Below, in pieces: positions 18,401 to 26,725 of a stretch of DNA of 32,422 bases. The position numbers were made by a program, and so were the translations under genes. The notes below the pieces were generated by a model. The model saw only the letters and a program-made list of their open reading frames with translations, did not search any database and had not been told where the DNA came from. The DNA comes from an uncultured Spirochaetota bacterium (GTDB lineage Bacteria; Spirochaetota; Spirochaetia; SZUA-6; Fen-1364), in NCBI GenBank assembly GCA_963745235.1, contig CAVUXE010000034.1, forward strand, positions 1-32,422. Direction: 5' to 3'. The stretch's first letter is position 1, and every line of letters starts with the position of its first letter.

Positions 18401-19285
18401 GAGCTGCGGCTGCGCGCTTGCGCCACGCTCCGCCCACGCGCCCGTGGGCGCAGCCGCCGTGCTGACGAAGAGACGGGTCGTTCCCGGCCCGAGATGGCTG
18501 CTCTGCAGGGGGGCAAGCATCGCGTAGACCCGGTCCGGCTGCCGGGGGCAGTAGTCGACGAGCACGATGAAGTCCGCGCCGATCGACCCAGCGGACGGGA
18601 GCCCCGTGCCTGCGGCGCCGAACAGGTTCTGCCAGGAGCCGGGACCGAACCCCGCGGGGAACAAGCCGGCACCGTACGCGCCCGCGTAGTAGAGCAAGCC
18701 GAAGCCGTACACCCCCGCGTAGAACTGGCGCGTCCCGCTCAAGGGCATGTAGACCGCCAAAGAGTCGACCTCGCCGACGGCCGCCAGCGACCACGTCGAC
18801 CCTCCGTCGGTGGACCACGCGAAGCCGGCGTCGGTGGCGGCGTAGAGCACGGCACGCGTCCAGTCGTTCGGGTCGCTGGAGCGGTCCACGATCAGCTGGG
18901 CTACCTGTCCGCCGGCAGCGCTTCCGGCTGACCACGTCTGACCTCCGTCGGGAGAGGAGAACACCAGCCCGCCGGCGCGCGCGCCCAGATAGACGAGGCC
19001 AGGGATAGAGGGATGAAAGGCCGCGCAGCAGATGTCGAGCTGCGGGTTCGTTTGCGTCAGCGCGTCCGAGATGGGCGTCCAGGAGTGCCCGTCGTCCGAG
19101 GTGATGAACGCGACCGTCCCTCCGACGCGGCGTACCACCGCGATGACGTTGGTCTGGTCATTGGGATTGACCGCGATACCGAGCACCGCGGCTTGGTCGC
19201 CGGTCTCGTTCCCCCGTGCCATCCGCGTGTAAGCGGGATCCTTCGGCGCGATCACCATCGTAGGTCCCAGCGGCGTCCATGCCAT
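15470..19285 (-). CDS. 1271-aa BNR/Asp-box repeat beta-propeller protein with C-terminal beta-sandwich-like domains
   Basis: WTPLGP start and Asp-boxes SDDGHSW, SPDGGQTW, STDGGSTW and SIDGGRTW. LHVDTRAL...GCDGG follows. The C-terminal region has YFRD...WQSPDILVD...VWVRV...HRCIAA...AQRNV. CAGGAGG RBS. Visibly higher GC than its neighbours. Confidence 0.85.
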   Translation of the reverse strand: MAWTPLGPTMVIAPKDPAYTRMARGNETGDQAAVLGIAVNPNDQTNVIAVVRRVGGTVAFITSDDGHSWTPISDALTQTNPQLDICCAAFHPSIPGLVYLGARAGGLVFSSPDGGQTWSAGSAAGGQVAQLIVDRSSDPNDWTRAVLYAATDAGFAWSTDGGSTWSLAAVGEVDSLAVYMPLSGTRQFYAGVYGFGLLYYAGAYGAGLFPAGFGPGSWQNLFGAAGTGLPSAGSIGADFIVLVDYCPRQPDRVYAMLAPLQSSHLGPGTTRLFVSTAAAPTGAWAERGASAQPQLDYGLEGISFLVAPESNGPDTQDVLLCSAGVFPQRSIDGGRTWQPADYSQTLHVDTRALAHFPPKTAYYTDTLPLTGAAPGARVYVGCDGGLGASLGYSNPAFGFASPVSDPTYNSGASYDPSDDLIQNLDHGLAAVAAFQFASNPDPLGGGPMSLVGYSAALDTGIARRVGSPAWAAVGGGDAGLIFASPTADGVQVWANMSADILWPTWNKLTWTDQDPSAGAGPAVHVTTPSAASCGASSNMVPAEAGAFYAGILAMEQVTTLQLPAASGTDVVVTPVTMTPDLIVGARVCLGAPQYGFVYQPITSVTATTFTVTILNPGPFQAGTAVCVARSWVGLVTGTGALPISQAFVPQTMRLYRLAKSGNSLLAASADQNLWLLASTVGAGAGTVWTPVTGAPASISGASIDGFDIEGGEFESGVVIQGSSPIIASLAADSGGTFYVMLSSPTGPSNTPLFSVQSGAWTPETCMLPANALIPAGVAVGEMIADPTTAGRLYVARNARVFQLDKGAAGWTWTDLTDNLPGQEIHDLWVGNVAPAGQPARTMLRALTAVRGVWEMELGGPGAPVDPLYFRDHAFDPGWLGPSVDAILSPLNSSQVCSHWQSPDILVDTPLYDDSSALYYQNDPEAPSPTAGDYAWFKDRSQGASAGVTARVWVRVNSRDAAPAGAVNVWVITAPFSAGLPMLPAAFWSAFHSDGTIDPTVLSGSGWTSLGVQSVSGIRAEAPGIAGFQMATGAQGDHRCIAAFVHGPGALLDTTGLSLVIDEAAIASPQVAQRNVLVGAPLPPGPGTPGPTGSGGPVGEIVLRGTYIEFHNPNREAVETTVKFDLRGLPRSAVFEFRLSRAARPGEIVGARPSRTPASRAKAKPARRAKRKPAPDRLQLERAAYAATGGGVAEVRGVALKPRQKAAAELTLRLPERREPGALYWLDVLQIVKGKVIGGATIQIPVAGFKPGGPPLVNWQAERDSAGELERR

Positions 19286-19803
19286 GATTGCTGCCTCCTG
19301 AACGACCTTGCGAAATCATCCAGCTCTACGTTTAGCCCGGATTTCCAAGCGGGCTATTTGGATTTACAACGAGGTTCGGCTCGCTGTCATAATCACAACA
19401 GTAATTGTCATTACGTCTCCTCACGTAGCGGCCTTGCGCACTTGCCTGTGCGGTTAGCAAATCTGACTGCCGGCCACATCACTGCCTATCTACGGCCTTT
19501 CAGGAAAGAACGAACACGCTCGATTTGGGAGGCAGGCTGAAAATCCAATGGGTGAACTATGGCGTGACCGGGAACTGCTTCGCCTCGAAGGTCGCCGCTG
19601 TGCAGTAGCCAGAGACCGCGATCGCCCGCTTTCATTTTCGGCACATGGACCCACGCGACGTCCATGCTGCGCGGGAACAGAACTTCCTTTGTTGATACAT
19701 AGTGGGCCCCTTTTTCAGCCGTCTCGGCCGTGATTGTAGCGCCGTCCCAATCGGGATCGGCGCCTCCATAGTCGCCTCTCCTGCGGGAGGAAGACCGGGA
19801 AAC

Positions 19804-20070
19804 CTAAATCCGCCCTGTAGCTGCCCGACGCCATTCGATACGAGCAACAAGGAAAAACAACGTCGCTACCACGAACAACGCGACGACGATCATCCATTCT
19901 AGCGAACCGCTGCCGCCATCTGGGTCGATTCTGAAAGCAATCTCAATCCAATCATTCAGAAGTATGGTAAGGATCAGCAGACTCAGACTGAAGGCACCCA
20001 GACCTGTCATAATCCAGAAGCGAGATCGCACGCGGTTCACTACCGCCCATATCTGTCGTCGCCCCTCCAT
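19804..20070 (-). CDS. Small two-TM membrane protein
   Basis: GGAGG RBS before ATG 20070. Two hydrophobic helices flank DWIE..F.IDPD.GSGSLEW, and the protein ends EWRR. Confidence 0.7.
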   Translation of the reverse strand: MEGRRQIWAVVNRVRSRFWIMTGLGAFSLSLLILTILLNDWIEIAFRIDPDGGSGSLEWMIVVALFVVATLFFLVARIEWRRAATGRI

Positions 20071-20371
20071 TGCTTCCTCCTTCCATAACTCCTCATAAGA
20101 TAACAACAATTGTCAGTTGGCTGTAGCGAAGAAGCTCCACTCATCTCGGAAGATGACTAGCGTCTATAGCCTGACCCACACACACTGCGGTAGCAGCCTG
20201 CTAGTGCGCATGCGAGCCACCAGTTGGGGCGGCCTCTCGTGGCTGGTGCCATCGGTAGTACTCTCCATGATAGAGGCCCTCTTGGACGGATGGGTCTTGC
20301 TCGTCGAGATCAAGCGATGAATTGTAATTCCGTGAATCCGCCGCGAGCGGTACACTTGGAGGGAAGCCACC

Positions 20372-21238
20372 ATGAGCACGACAAACGAATCTGACCACGG
20401 CTACCAACCCTCGGCCGATACGGTCCGCGCGAATGCTGAACGCTTCTCGGGATTTGCAGACCTCTATGACATGGCGCGTCCCACGCCTCCCCGGCTCGTT
20501 GCGGATCTCCTTCTCTCCTACCTGGAGGTCGATCCAACCTCGCGTCCTGCGGGTCCTGTCGTCGTTGACGTTGGCTGCGGAACCGGGCTTTCCACCTTGA
20601 TATGGCACGACCGGGCCGCCCTTGCCACAGGAGTCGACCCGAGCGCAGACATGCTGGCCCTCGCTGCTGAAAAGGCGCGGAAGCTGGGAACCGACCGAGT
20701 GCGCTTCGTTTCAGGGGATTCGACTCACCTCCCATTTGACAATGTCTCGACGGATATCATCACCTGCTCGCAGTCCTTTCACTGGATGGAACCCCGGGCG
20801 TCGCTCAGTGAGTTTCACCGGGTGCTCGTCCCCGGCGGGGTGTTCGCGGCGCTGGACTGTGACTGGCCACCTTCAATCGGCAGGGAGGCTGAGCAGCTTT
20901 ACGAGTCGCTGTTGGCGGCCGCCGAAAGAATTGCCTTGGAGCGGCCCTGGTTGTCAGCGAGCCGCAAGTGGCCCAAGGAGAAGCATCTGCGCAACATGAG
21001 AGCCTCAGGGTTGTTCAGGTTCTCAAAGGAGGTCGTGTTTCACAACATCGAACAGTGCGATGCCGGGCGGTTCATTGCTATCGCCGTCAGCCAAGGGCAA
21101 GTCCAAAGCCTGCTCAAGGTTGGAGTCACTGAGAACGAACTTGCCCTTTCTGCCTTCCGTGAGGGAATACGGGGCTGCCTCGGCGCAACGGTGCGTACTC
21201 TCTATGTGAGTTATCGAATGCAGCTTGCCGTGAAGTAG
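20372..21238 (+). CDS. Class I SAM-dependent methyltransferase
   Basis: RFSGFADLYD.ARP, VDVGCGTG, GVDPS, SQSFHWM and RVLVPGG. GGAGGG RBS. Confidence 0.93.
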   Translation: MSTTNESDHGYQPSADTVRANAERFSGFADLYDMARPTPPRLVADLLLSYLEVDPTSRPAGPVVVDVGCGTGLSTLIWHDRAALATGVDPSADMLALAAEKARKLGTDRVRFVSGDSTHLPFDNVSTDIITCSQSFHWMEPRASLSEFHRVLVPGGVFAALDCDWPPSIGREAEQLYESLLAAAERIALERPWLSASRKWPKEKHLRNMRASGLFRFSKEVVFHNIEQCDAGRFIAIAVSQGQVQSLLKVGVTENELALSAFREGIRGCLGATVRTLYVSYRMQLAVK

Positions 21239-21276
21239 CCAGATCACAGATGGGCCTGCTCTCAGTGCTGAAGGGG

Positions 21277-22098
21277 TCACCCTTTCACTGCCCCGAAAGT
21301 CATCCCGCGAACCAGATATTTCTGGACCGAAAAAGCGAAGATAAGGACAGGTATCATGGTGATGGTTCCTGCCGCGCCCATCTGTCCCCAGAGGATCTGG
21401 TACTGCGTGATCTGGGAGGAGACCAGGATGGGCAGCGTGGAGGAGGCCGGGGTCTGGGTGAGCACCAGCGCGAAAAGGAACTCTTGCCATGACATGATCA
21501 CCGTGAATATGGCCGTCGCGGCAAGGCCGGGGACGACGAGCGGAAGCGAGATGCTTCGAAAAGCCCGCATCCGGGAGCAGCCGTCCACCATCGCAACCTC
21601 CTCGAGGTCCCGGGGAATCTCGACGATGAAACCCCGCATCATCCAGACAACGAACGGAATGTTGAAAGCCGCATAGGCGATCACCAGGCCAAGCCTCGTA
21701 TCCACGAGCCCCAGGAACCGCATCAACTGGAACAGGGGAATGACCGTGATGATGGGCGGGAACATTCTCGTCGAGAGGATCCAGAAGGAGACACGGGCGT
21801 TCCACTTTCCCGGCAGCCGAAAGCGGGCAAGAGAAAACGCGGCGAGGGTCCCGACAACGATCGTGATCACCGCGGTGGAGATCGCCACGATTACGCTGTT
21901 GACCAGGTAAGCAAGAAGTCCGTAAGTCCATAGCTGGGCGTAACGGCTGCCGGTCGGATGCTGCGGGAAGAGCATGGGCGGAATGGCAAAGATGTCCACA
22001 TCCGTCTTGAAAGAGGTGCTGACCAGCCAGGCCACAGGGAAGATAACGATGACAGCGACGAAGAGGAGCAGGACGGCGCGGAGGATTCTCCAGGTCAC
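21277..22098 (-). CDS. Carbohydrate ABC transporter permease (MalG-like)
   Basis: EAA-type loop IPRDLEEVAMVDG. GTG 22098 overlaps the upstream stop (GTGA). Confidence 0.93.
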   Translation of the reverse strand: MTWRILRAVLLLFVAVIVIFPVAWLVSTSFKTDVDIFAIPPMLFPQHPTGSRYAQLWTYGLLAYLVNSVIVAISTAVITIVVGTLAAFSLARFRLPGKWNARVSFWILSTRMFPPIITVIPLFQLMRFLGLVDTRLGLVIAYAAFNIPFVVWMMRGFIVEIPRDLEEVAMVDGCSRMRAFRSISLPLVVPGLAATAIFTVIMSWQEFLFALVLTQTPASSTLPILVSSQITQYQILWGQMGAAGTITMIPVLIFAFSVQKYLVRGMTFGAVKG

Positions 22099-22964
22099 TG
22101 CGAGAATACCTCCTCCGCCCGCAGCCGGCTGATGAAGATGTTGCTGATCACCGTGGTGGCAACAAGCAGGATGAACGACATCGCGGTGGCATACCCGACG
22201 TCGAAAAAGCGAAAGCCGGTCTGGTAGACATAGAGGCTGAGCGTCTCCGTCGAGTTGGCCGGACCTCCCCCCGTCATCACGAAGACCTGGTCGAAGATCC
22301 GCAGGGTGTCCATCAGGCGCAGCAGCACCGCAATGAGCACCGCGGGGGTGAGAAGCGGAAACGTGACGTGGCGAAGCTCCTGGAACCACGTGGCCCCGTC
22401 CACCTTGGCGGCTTCATAGGGATCGGTCGGGATCGCCTGGAGCCCGGCCAGCAGGATCAGGAACATGAACGGCGTCCACTCCCAGATATCCACCAGCACC
22501 AGAGAGAAAAGCGCGGTCCGGGGCCCGGCCTCCCACAGCATTCCCTTGATGCCCAGCAGCCCGAGAACCCAGTTCGCCACCCCGTACTGCTGCATGTAGA
22601 TGATCTTGAAAATGATTGCGGCAACGATGGGCGGCAGCATCATCGGCGTCAGGAAGATGGTGCGGAAGAGGTTCCGCGAGCGGAACTTCTCCGTCAGGAT
22701 GAGCGCCATTGCCAGGCCGAGGACTAGCTCCACGATCACCGCGATGCCCGTGTAGATCGCGGTGTTCCTCGCTGCATTCCAGAACAGGCGGTCGCGGGCG
22801 ATGCGCGCGAAGTTCATCAGGCCGACGAAGCTCTGCGCGCCTGTGCGGACGTTGACCGTGTGCAACGACGCGGCAATGGCGAAGACAAGCGGATAGGCGG
22901 TCAACACGAGAAGGAGGATGATCGCTGGAGCGAGCAGGAGATACTTCAGCGTGGAATCCGACAT
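22095..22964 (-). CDS. Carbohydrate ABC transporter permease (MalF-like)
   Basis: FVGLMNF, WEWTPF, LAGLQAIP..YEAAKVDGA and TGGGP. Confidence 0.95.
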   Translation of the reverse strand: MSDSTLKYLLLAPAIILLLVLTAYPLVFAIAASLHTVNVRTGAQSFVGLMNFARIARDRLFWNAARNTAIYTGIAVIVELVLGLAMALILTEKFRSRNLFRTIFLTPMMLPPIVAAIIFKIIYMQQYGVANWVLGLLGIKGMLWEAGPRTALFSLVLVDIWEWTPFMFLILLAGLQAIPTDPYEAAKVDGATWFQELRHVTFPLLTPAVLIAVLLRLMDTLRIFDQVFVMTGGGPANSTETLSLYVYQTGFRFFDVGYATAMSFILLVATTVISNIFISRLRAEEVFSQ

Positions 22965-23039
22965 TCGTCACCTCCTGGCGTCAGGCCGCCTCCGTTGTGC
23001 CCGGGCAGGATCGCCGGGCGGGTTACGGTGCCCGGCGAT

Positions 23040-24263
23040 TCAGACCTTCGGGAGATAGATACCGAAGGTGTTTTCCACCTCGTTCCAGTTCGCGATGCGC
23101 GGCCGGGGAGTGGAGTTGCTGATTGCCTGGAGCAGGGTAGGGAAGTAGCTGAACTGAGGCATTGCCAGCAGTTGCGGATCGGCGAATACGGACTTTCTTG
23201 TCGGCGGGTTCCCGAAGCTCAGGACACCGGTCTTCTGTCCTTCAACTGAGGTGGCCCACTGAAGGAAATCGAAAGCCGCCTGTTTGTTCTTCGACGCCGC
23301 GGGGACGGCGGCCAGCCAGTGTCCGATCTCGGATGAGCCGATAGTTGCCTCAGAGGGGATGGGAGCGTAGCCGATCTTGCCGACCACTTTTGACTTGGAG
23401 GGATTCTGGAAGTCCGCGGCGAAAGCGGGCCAGTTGATCATCATTGCCGCGTTGCCTTCAAGCTCGAAGGTTGCAAGCTGCTGTGCATCGAAGCTGGCAG
23501 ACCCCGGTGGGGAAATCGAGACCAGCTTCGTGAGGAATGTCACGGCGTTCAGGGCCTGTGGCGTATTCAAAGTCACTTGCTTGAAGTCCGGGCTGAACAT
23601 CTGGGCCCCGAAGCTCCACAGGATCGGCATGAAGTCCGCGACCACCGGATTGCCCTGGGTCCCGCGGAGGACATAGCCGAACATCGTGCCTCCGCCGCTG
23701 TCAGTGACCTTCTTGCCGAGGTTGTACACGTCATCCCAGGTGCTCGGGCCGTTGGGCATGCCCTGCTGAGCCAGGATATCCTTGCGATAGAAGAACATCT
23801 GGGCGTTTCCAACGGCGGGGAAGGCATAGATGAGCCCCGTTGCATACGGGTATTTGCAGATTGCCGTCGATTTATCGATGAAGTCCGACGAGAGACCACC
23901 CTGGCCCTCGGCCACGAAGTACGGGGTCAGGTTCGTCAGCCACTTGTTCTCCGCGAACTGCGTGAACCACGGGTCGTCCAGGAGAACGATGTCGTAGAGG
24001 CCGGTCTTCTGAGACAAGTCGAGGACTTCCTTTTCGTAGATGTTCGAATAGGGGGCCGCAACGACCTCCACCTGGATCCCCTTCATCTTGCCCCACTGTC
24101 GCAGGGCCTGCGCGATACCGTTTCCCTCCGGAGCGTTGTTTGTTGCAAGCACGAGCTTTCCGGTTCCGCCGTTGGATTGCTCCTTCGCTCCTGAAGCATA
24201 GACTGATACGATTAAAAAGAGGCTGAATATCGGGGCAATGAGAAACAGGAGAAACTTCCTCAT
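23040..24263 (-). CDS. Sugar ABC transporter substrate-binding protein (C-terminus probably disrupted)
   Basis: Signal peptide MRKFLL...VYASGAKE, then FYRKDIL, P.TWD and AAFDFLQW. It stops early at GIYLPKV. Confidence 0.9.
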   Translation of the reverse strand: MRKFLLFLIAPIFSLFLIVSVYASGAKEQSNGGTGKLVLATNNAPEGNGIAQALRQWGKMKGIQVEVVAAPYSNIYEKEVLDLSQKTGLYDIVLLDDPWFTQFAENKWLTNLTPYFVAEGQGGLSSDFIDKSTAICKYPYATGLIYAFPAVGNAQMFFYRKDILAQQGMPNGPSTWDDVYNLGKKVTDSGGGTMFGYVLRGTQGNPVVADFMPILWSFGAQMFSPDFKQVTLNTPQALNAVTFLTKLVSISPPGSASFDAQQLATFELEGNAAMMINWPAFAADFQNPSKSKVVGKIGYAPIPSEATIGSSEIGHWLAAVPAASKNKQAAFDFLQWATSVEGQKTGVLSFGNPPTRKSVFADPQLLAMPQFSYFPTLLQAISNSTPRPRIANWNEVENTFGIYLPKV

Positions 24264-24564
24264 GGCGTGCTCCTCGTTCCAAAGCGTTCTGGAACGCCCA
24301 CGGCGTTCCCTCCTCCTTTGCTCGCAAGCCACGATTATCAATGCAGCGCGGAGATGGCTTTCACGTGCCTCCTTTCCCGTCGAGAACAGCTTGCTGCTGG
24401 CCCCTTTTGGTGGGCGCCCGCGGGCGCGTGGACCTCAAGCTGCTTCGACGAACGGATGCTGTTTCAAATTTGATGATTTGCGCTGAAAGAACTTCCCAGA
24501 TCATCCCTGTCATAGGGAACACCACAAACTTTCTCGAACATACTGAGGCGCTATTTCGGTTCGA

Positions 24565-24725
24565 TTAACACGCCGTTAAGTTTTCTTAAAGAGCGCGGGA
24601 CTGCGAAGCCGTTGCGAGATCGCGCTTGCCACAGGCTTCGGCCTGGTTCGGCATGGTCTTCGAGACAAGGAGGCTGCCCTGCGTTTTGTAAATGGAATTT
24701 AACAAATCCATAATGCAGCGGTAAT
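24565..24725 (+). promoter_or_regulatory. Phased nTAAn direct repeats upstream of the PDZ gene (OmpR/PhoB-family box-like)
   Basis: GTAAA 24688, TTAAC 24699, ATAAT 24710 and GTAAT 24721 recur at an exact 11-bp period. A second set is TTAAC 24565, TTAAG 24576 and TTAAA 24586. Confidence 0.45.
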
Positions 24726-24763
24726 CGGACAATCGTAACCTTGAAGAACGGAGGTACTTAGGA

Positions 24764-25573
24764 ATGAGTCATCCTTCCTCGCTTCTTCGCCGCGTTTTCA
24801 TGACCGCGGCTGTTCTCATAGCTTCGACCGCTGCCCTGGCATTCTCCCAGGGCGCTTCGGCAACGAAATCCGGCCATTCTTCGGATTCAGGCGTGCTGGT
24901 CATATCCGTTCCGTCTGGCAGTCCCGCTGATAATGCGGGTCTATCGAGGGGAGATATTATTCTGGACATCAATGGTTCGGCGGTGAACAGCACACGGGAT
25001 TTGAGAGAGGCGATTTCTTCCTACAAACAAGGGGACAAGATCTCCCTGGCGGTGCTCCATGGTGACACCAGGAAGACGCTCTCTATCTCCCTCGGAGAAA
25101 TGGACGGCAATCCATATTTGGGCGCGCGCCTGCTTCCCGACGAACGTGAGCGGACGAGCATGCTGGGGCCGGGACATGTTGACTGGAGTCGGGAGCTCTC
25201 TGAAGGCGCTTTTGTCGCTGGCGTAGCCTCAACGAGTCCGGCGTACAAAGGCGGGATCCGAAGAGGTGACGTCATTCTCTCCGTTGACGGAGTCCGAGTC
25301 GACCGCAACCACAGTCTCAACGCGTTGATTCAGGACAACAAGACCGCTGAAACGGTGACCCTTTCAGTCAGGTCCAACCAGGAGCCCATGTATCAGGCGC
25401 CCGAAGATATGAAAATCACCCTGGGCAATAGTCCTGACAAGAAGCCGTGGCTCGGAGTCAAATATCGAATGGGCAATCCAACCGCTTTCGTCGCGCCATG
25501 GAGCAGCTTTCCGCGGGTGGCTAACCTTCTCAAAGACCTGGGAATACTGCGTATTCAAAGACCAACCGTCTGA
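24764..25573 (+). CDS. Secreted tandem-PDZ domain protein (no protease domain)
   Basis: Signal peptide ...ALAFSQG. Two PDZ units, GVLV..V..GSPA..AGL..GDII and GAFV..V...SPA..GGI..GDVI, each followed by a PYLG/PWLGV strand. GGAGG RBS. Confidence 0.85.
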   Translation: MSHPSSLLRRVFMTAAVLIASTAALAFSQGASATKSGHSSDSGVLVISVPSGSPADNAGLSRGDIILDINGSAVNSTRDLREAISSYKQGDKISLAVLHGDTRKTLSISLGEMDGNPYLGARLLPDERERTSMLGPGHVDWSRELSEGAFVAGVASTSPAYKGGIRRGDVILSVDGVRVDRNHSLNALIQDNKTAETVTLSVRSNQEPMYQAPEDMKITLGNSPDKKPWLGVKYRMGNPTAFVAPWSSFPRVANLLKDLGILRIQRPTV

Positions 25574-25683
25574 GCTTTCCCGATAGATCACTCCGAGAGC
25601 GATTGCAAATCGCAGTCGCTCTCGGCGACGTTCCGCTCACAACGAGGCCTCTGCACGGCATCGAGCCTTGATCACGACAAGGC

Positions 25684-26646
25684 TCAGTCGGTCTCGGGCA
25701 GATAGCTGGGCATCGCAATACCGTTGTACTCACTAAACGCTCCCCACACCTGCTTGACGTGGGTTTCGACATTGATGCCGCCCCAGGCGTACACCTGCTC
25801 TACAATCTTTCGCCGCTGCATCGGGACGACCATGAGCGCAGCAATGCCTCTGAATCTTTCGAGTTCGTGGCGGAGAAGACCAACGGCCACTTCTTCCGTG
25901 CGGGCGACGCAAGGACCGAGGACGTTTATCGCCGGATGCCGCAGAGAAAACAAAAACCCATCTACACCACCATCCCCGTTCTCGTGGACGGAGGCGTGCA
26001 TGGCCTCTCGCCGACCGGATACTACATATCGATAGTCTATCTCTCGTTTGATGCCGCTGACCTCGAGCTCGAGATCGCCCATCGGTCCCACATCCTTCAA
26101 GCCGGCGGTCCGGACATGCTCCGCTTCGGGGACCCCGTCATCGATGTCCGTTTGCGGTACATTGACCACCATGTCCTGGAACATCGCTCGGGGCACGAAA
26201 CCGGCGCGGTTGTAGAGGGAAAAAGAGTCAAGGTTCATTGCGCTGTTGACAAGTCGGCACGACGTGAAACCGTGCTCTCTTGTGTAGTCCAGGATATGAG
26301 AGACCAGCGCCTTGGCCACGCCGTAACGACCATAATTGGGGTGGACCGCCATGATGCCCAACGAGACATGTGTTTCCCTCGGATGATAGAAACAGGCACC
26401 CATCATTCGCTTGGTCTCCTTGTGGAAAGCGGCAACGCTGCATCCAGGTGTCAGATCGTTGTATATATCATAGAAAATGGCTGTATCCTGCGGCCTGCAT
26501 TCATAGAAGTCGCACCCAAGGCCGTGTTTCCACCACCAGGCGTTGAAGGAACCGAAGAGCAAATCGGAGTATTCCTCAACATCGGCCTCCGCGAGGGGGC
26601 GCAGCGTAAATAGTTTTTCCCTTTCGATGCTCCTGTCACGGGCCAT
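25684..26646 (-). CDS. GNAT-family N-acetyltransferase
   Basis: AVHPNYGRYGVAKAL acetyl-CoA motif A and N..SFSLY.RAGF. AGGAGG RBS. Confidence 0.88.
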   Translation of the reverse strand: MARDRSIEREKLFTLRPLAEADVEEYSDLLFGSFNAWWWKHGLGCDFYECRPQDTAIFYDIYNDLTPGCSVAAFHKETKRMMGACFYHPRETHVSLGIMAVHPNYGRYGVAKALVSHILDYTREHGFTSCRLVNSAMNLDSFSLYNRAGFVPRAMFQDMVVNVPQTDIDDGVPEAEHVRTAGLKDVGPMGDLELEVSGIKREIDYRYVVSGRREAMHASVHENGDGGVDGFLFSLRHPAINVLGPCVARTEEVAVGLLRHELERFRGIAALMVVPMQRRKIVEQVYAWGGINVETHVKQVWGAFSEYNGIAMPSYLPETD

Positions 26647-26725
26647 GAGCACGTCCTCCTGTTGTGCATATGTGAGACTGAACGTTATCCTGTACTTTAA
26701 ACCCAGTCCCAGGTTCTCGCAATAT

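Noticed and set aside
15423-18935. Many long overlapping ORFs (e.g. 15599-16759, 16811-17785, 18008-18931)
   Set aside because: These are Arg/Pro/Gly-rich shadow frames of a GC-rich gene with no recognisable motifs.
19360-19480. c-di-GMP-I riboswitch upstream of the giant gene (ATGACAGC motif on the minus strand)
   Set aside because: The GGCAAAC..GAAA..GACGCAAAG core is not recognisable. An Rfam scan would settle it.
21277-22389. 370-aa permease with a long N-terminal extension
   Set aside because: The extension overlaps the upstream permease out of frame. The coupled GTG at 22098 gives a normal MalG-like length.
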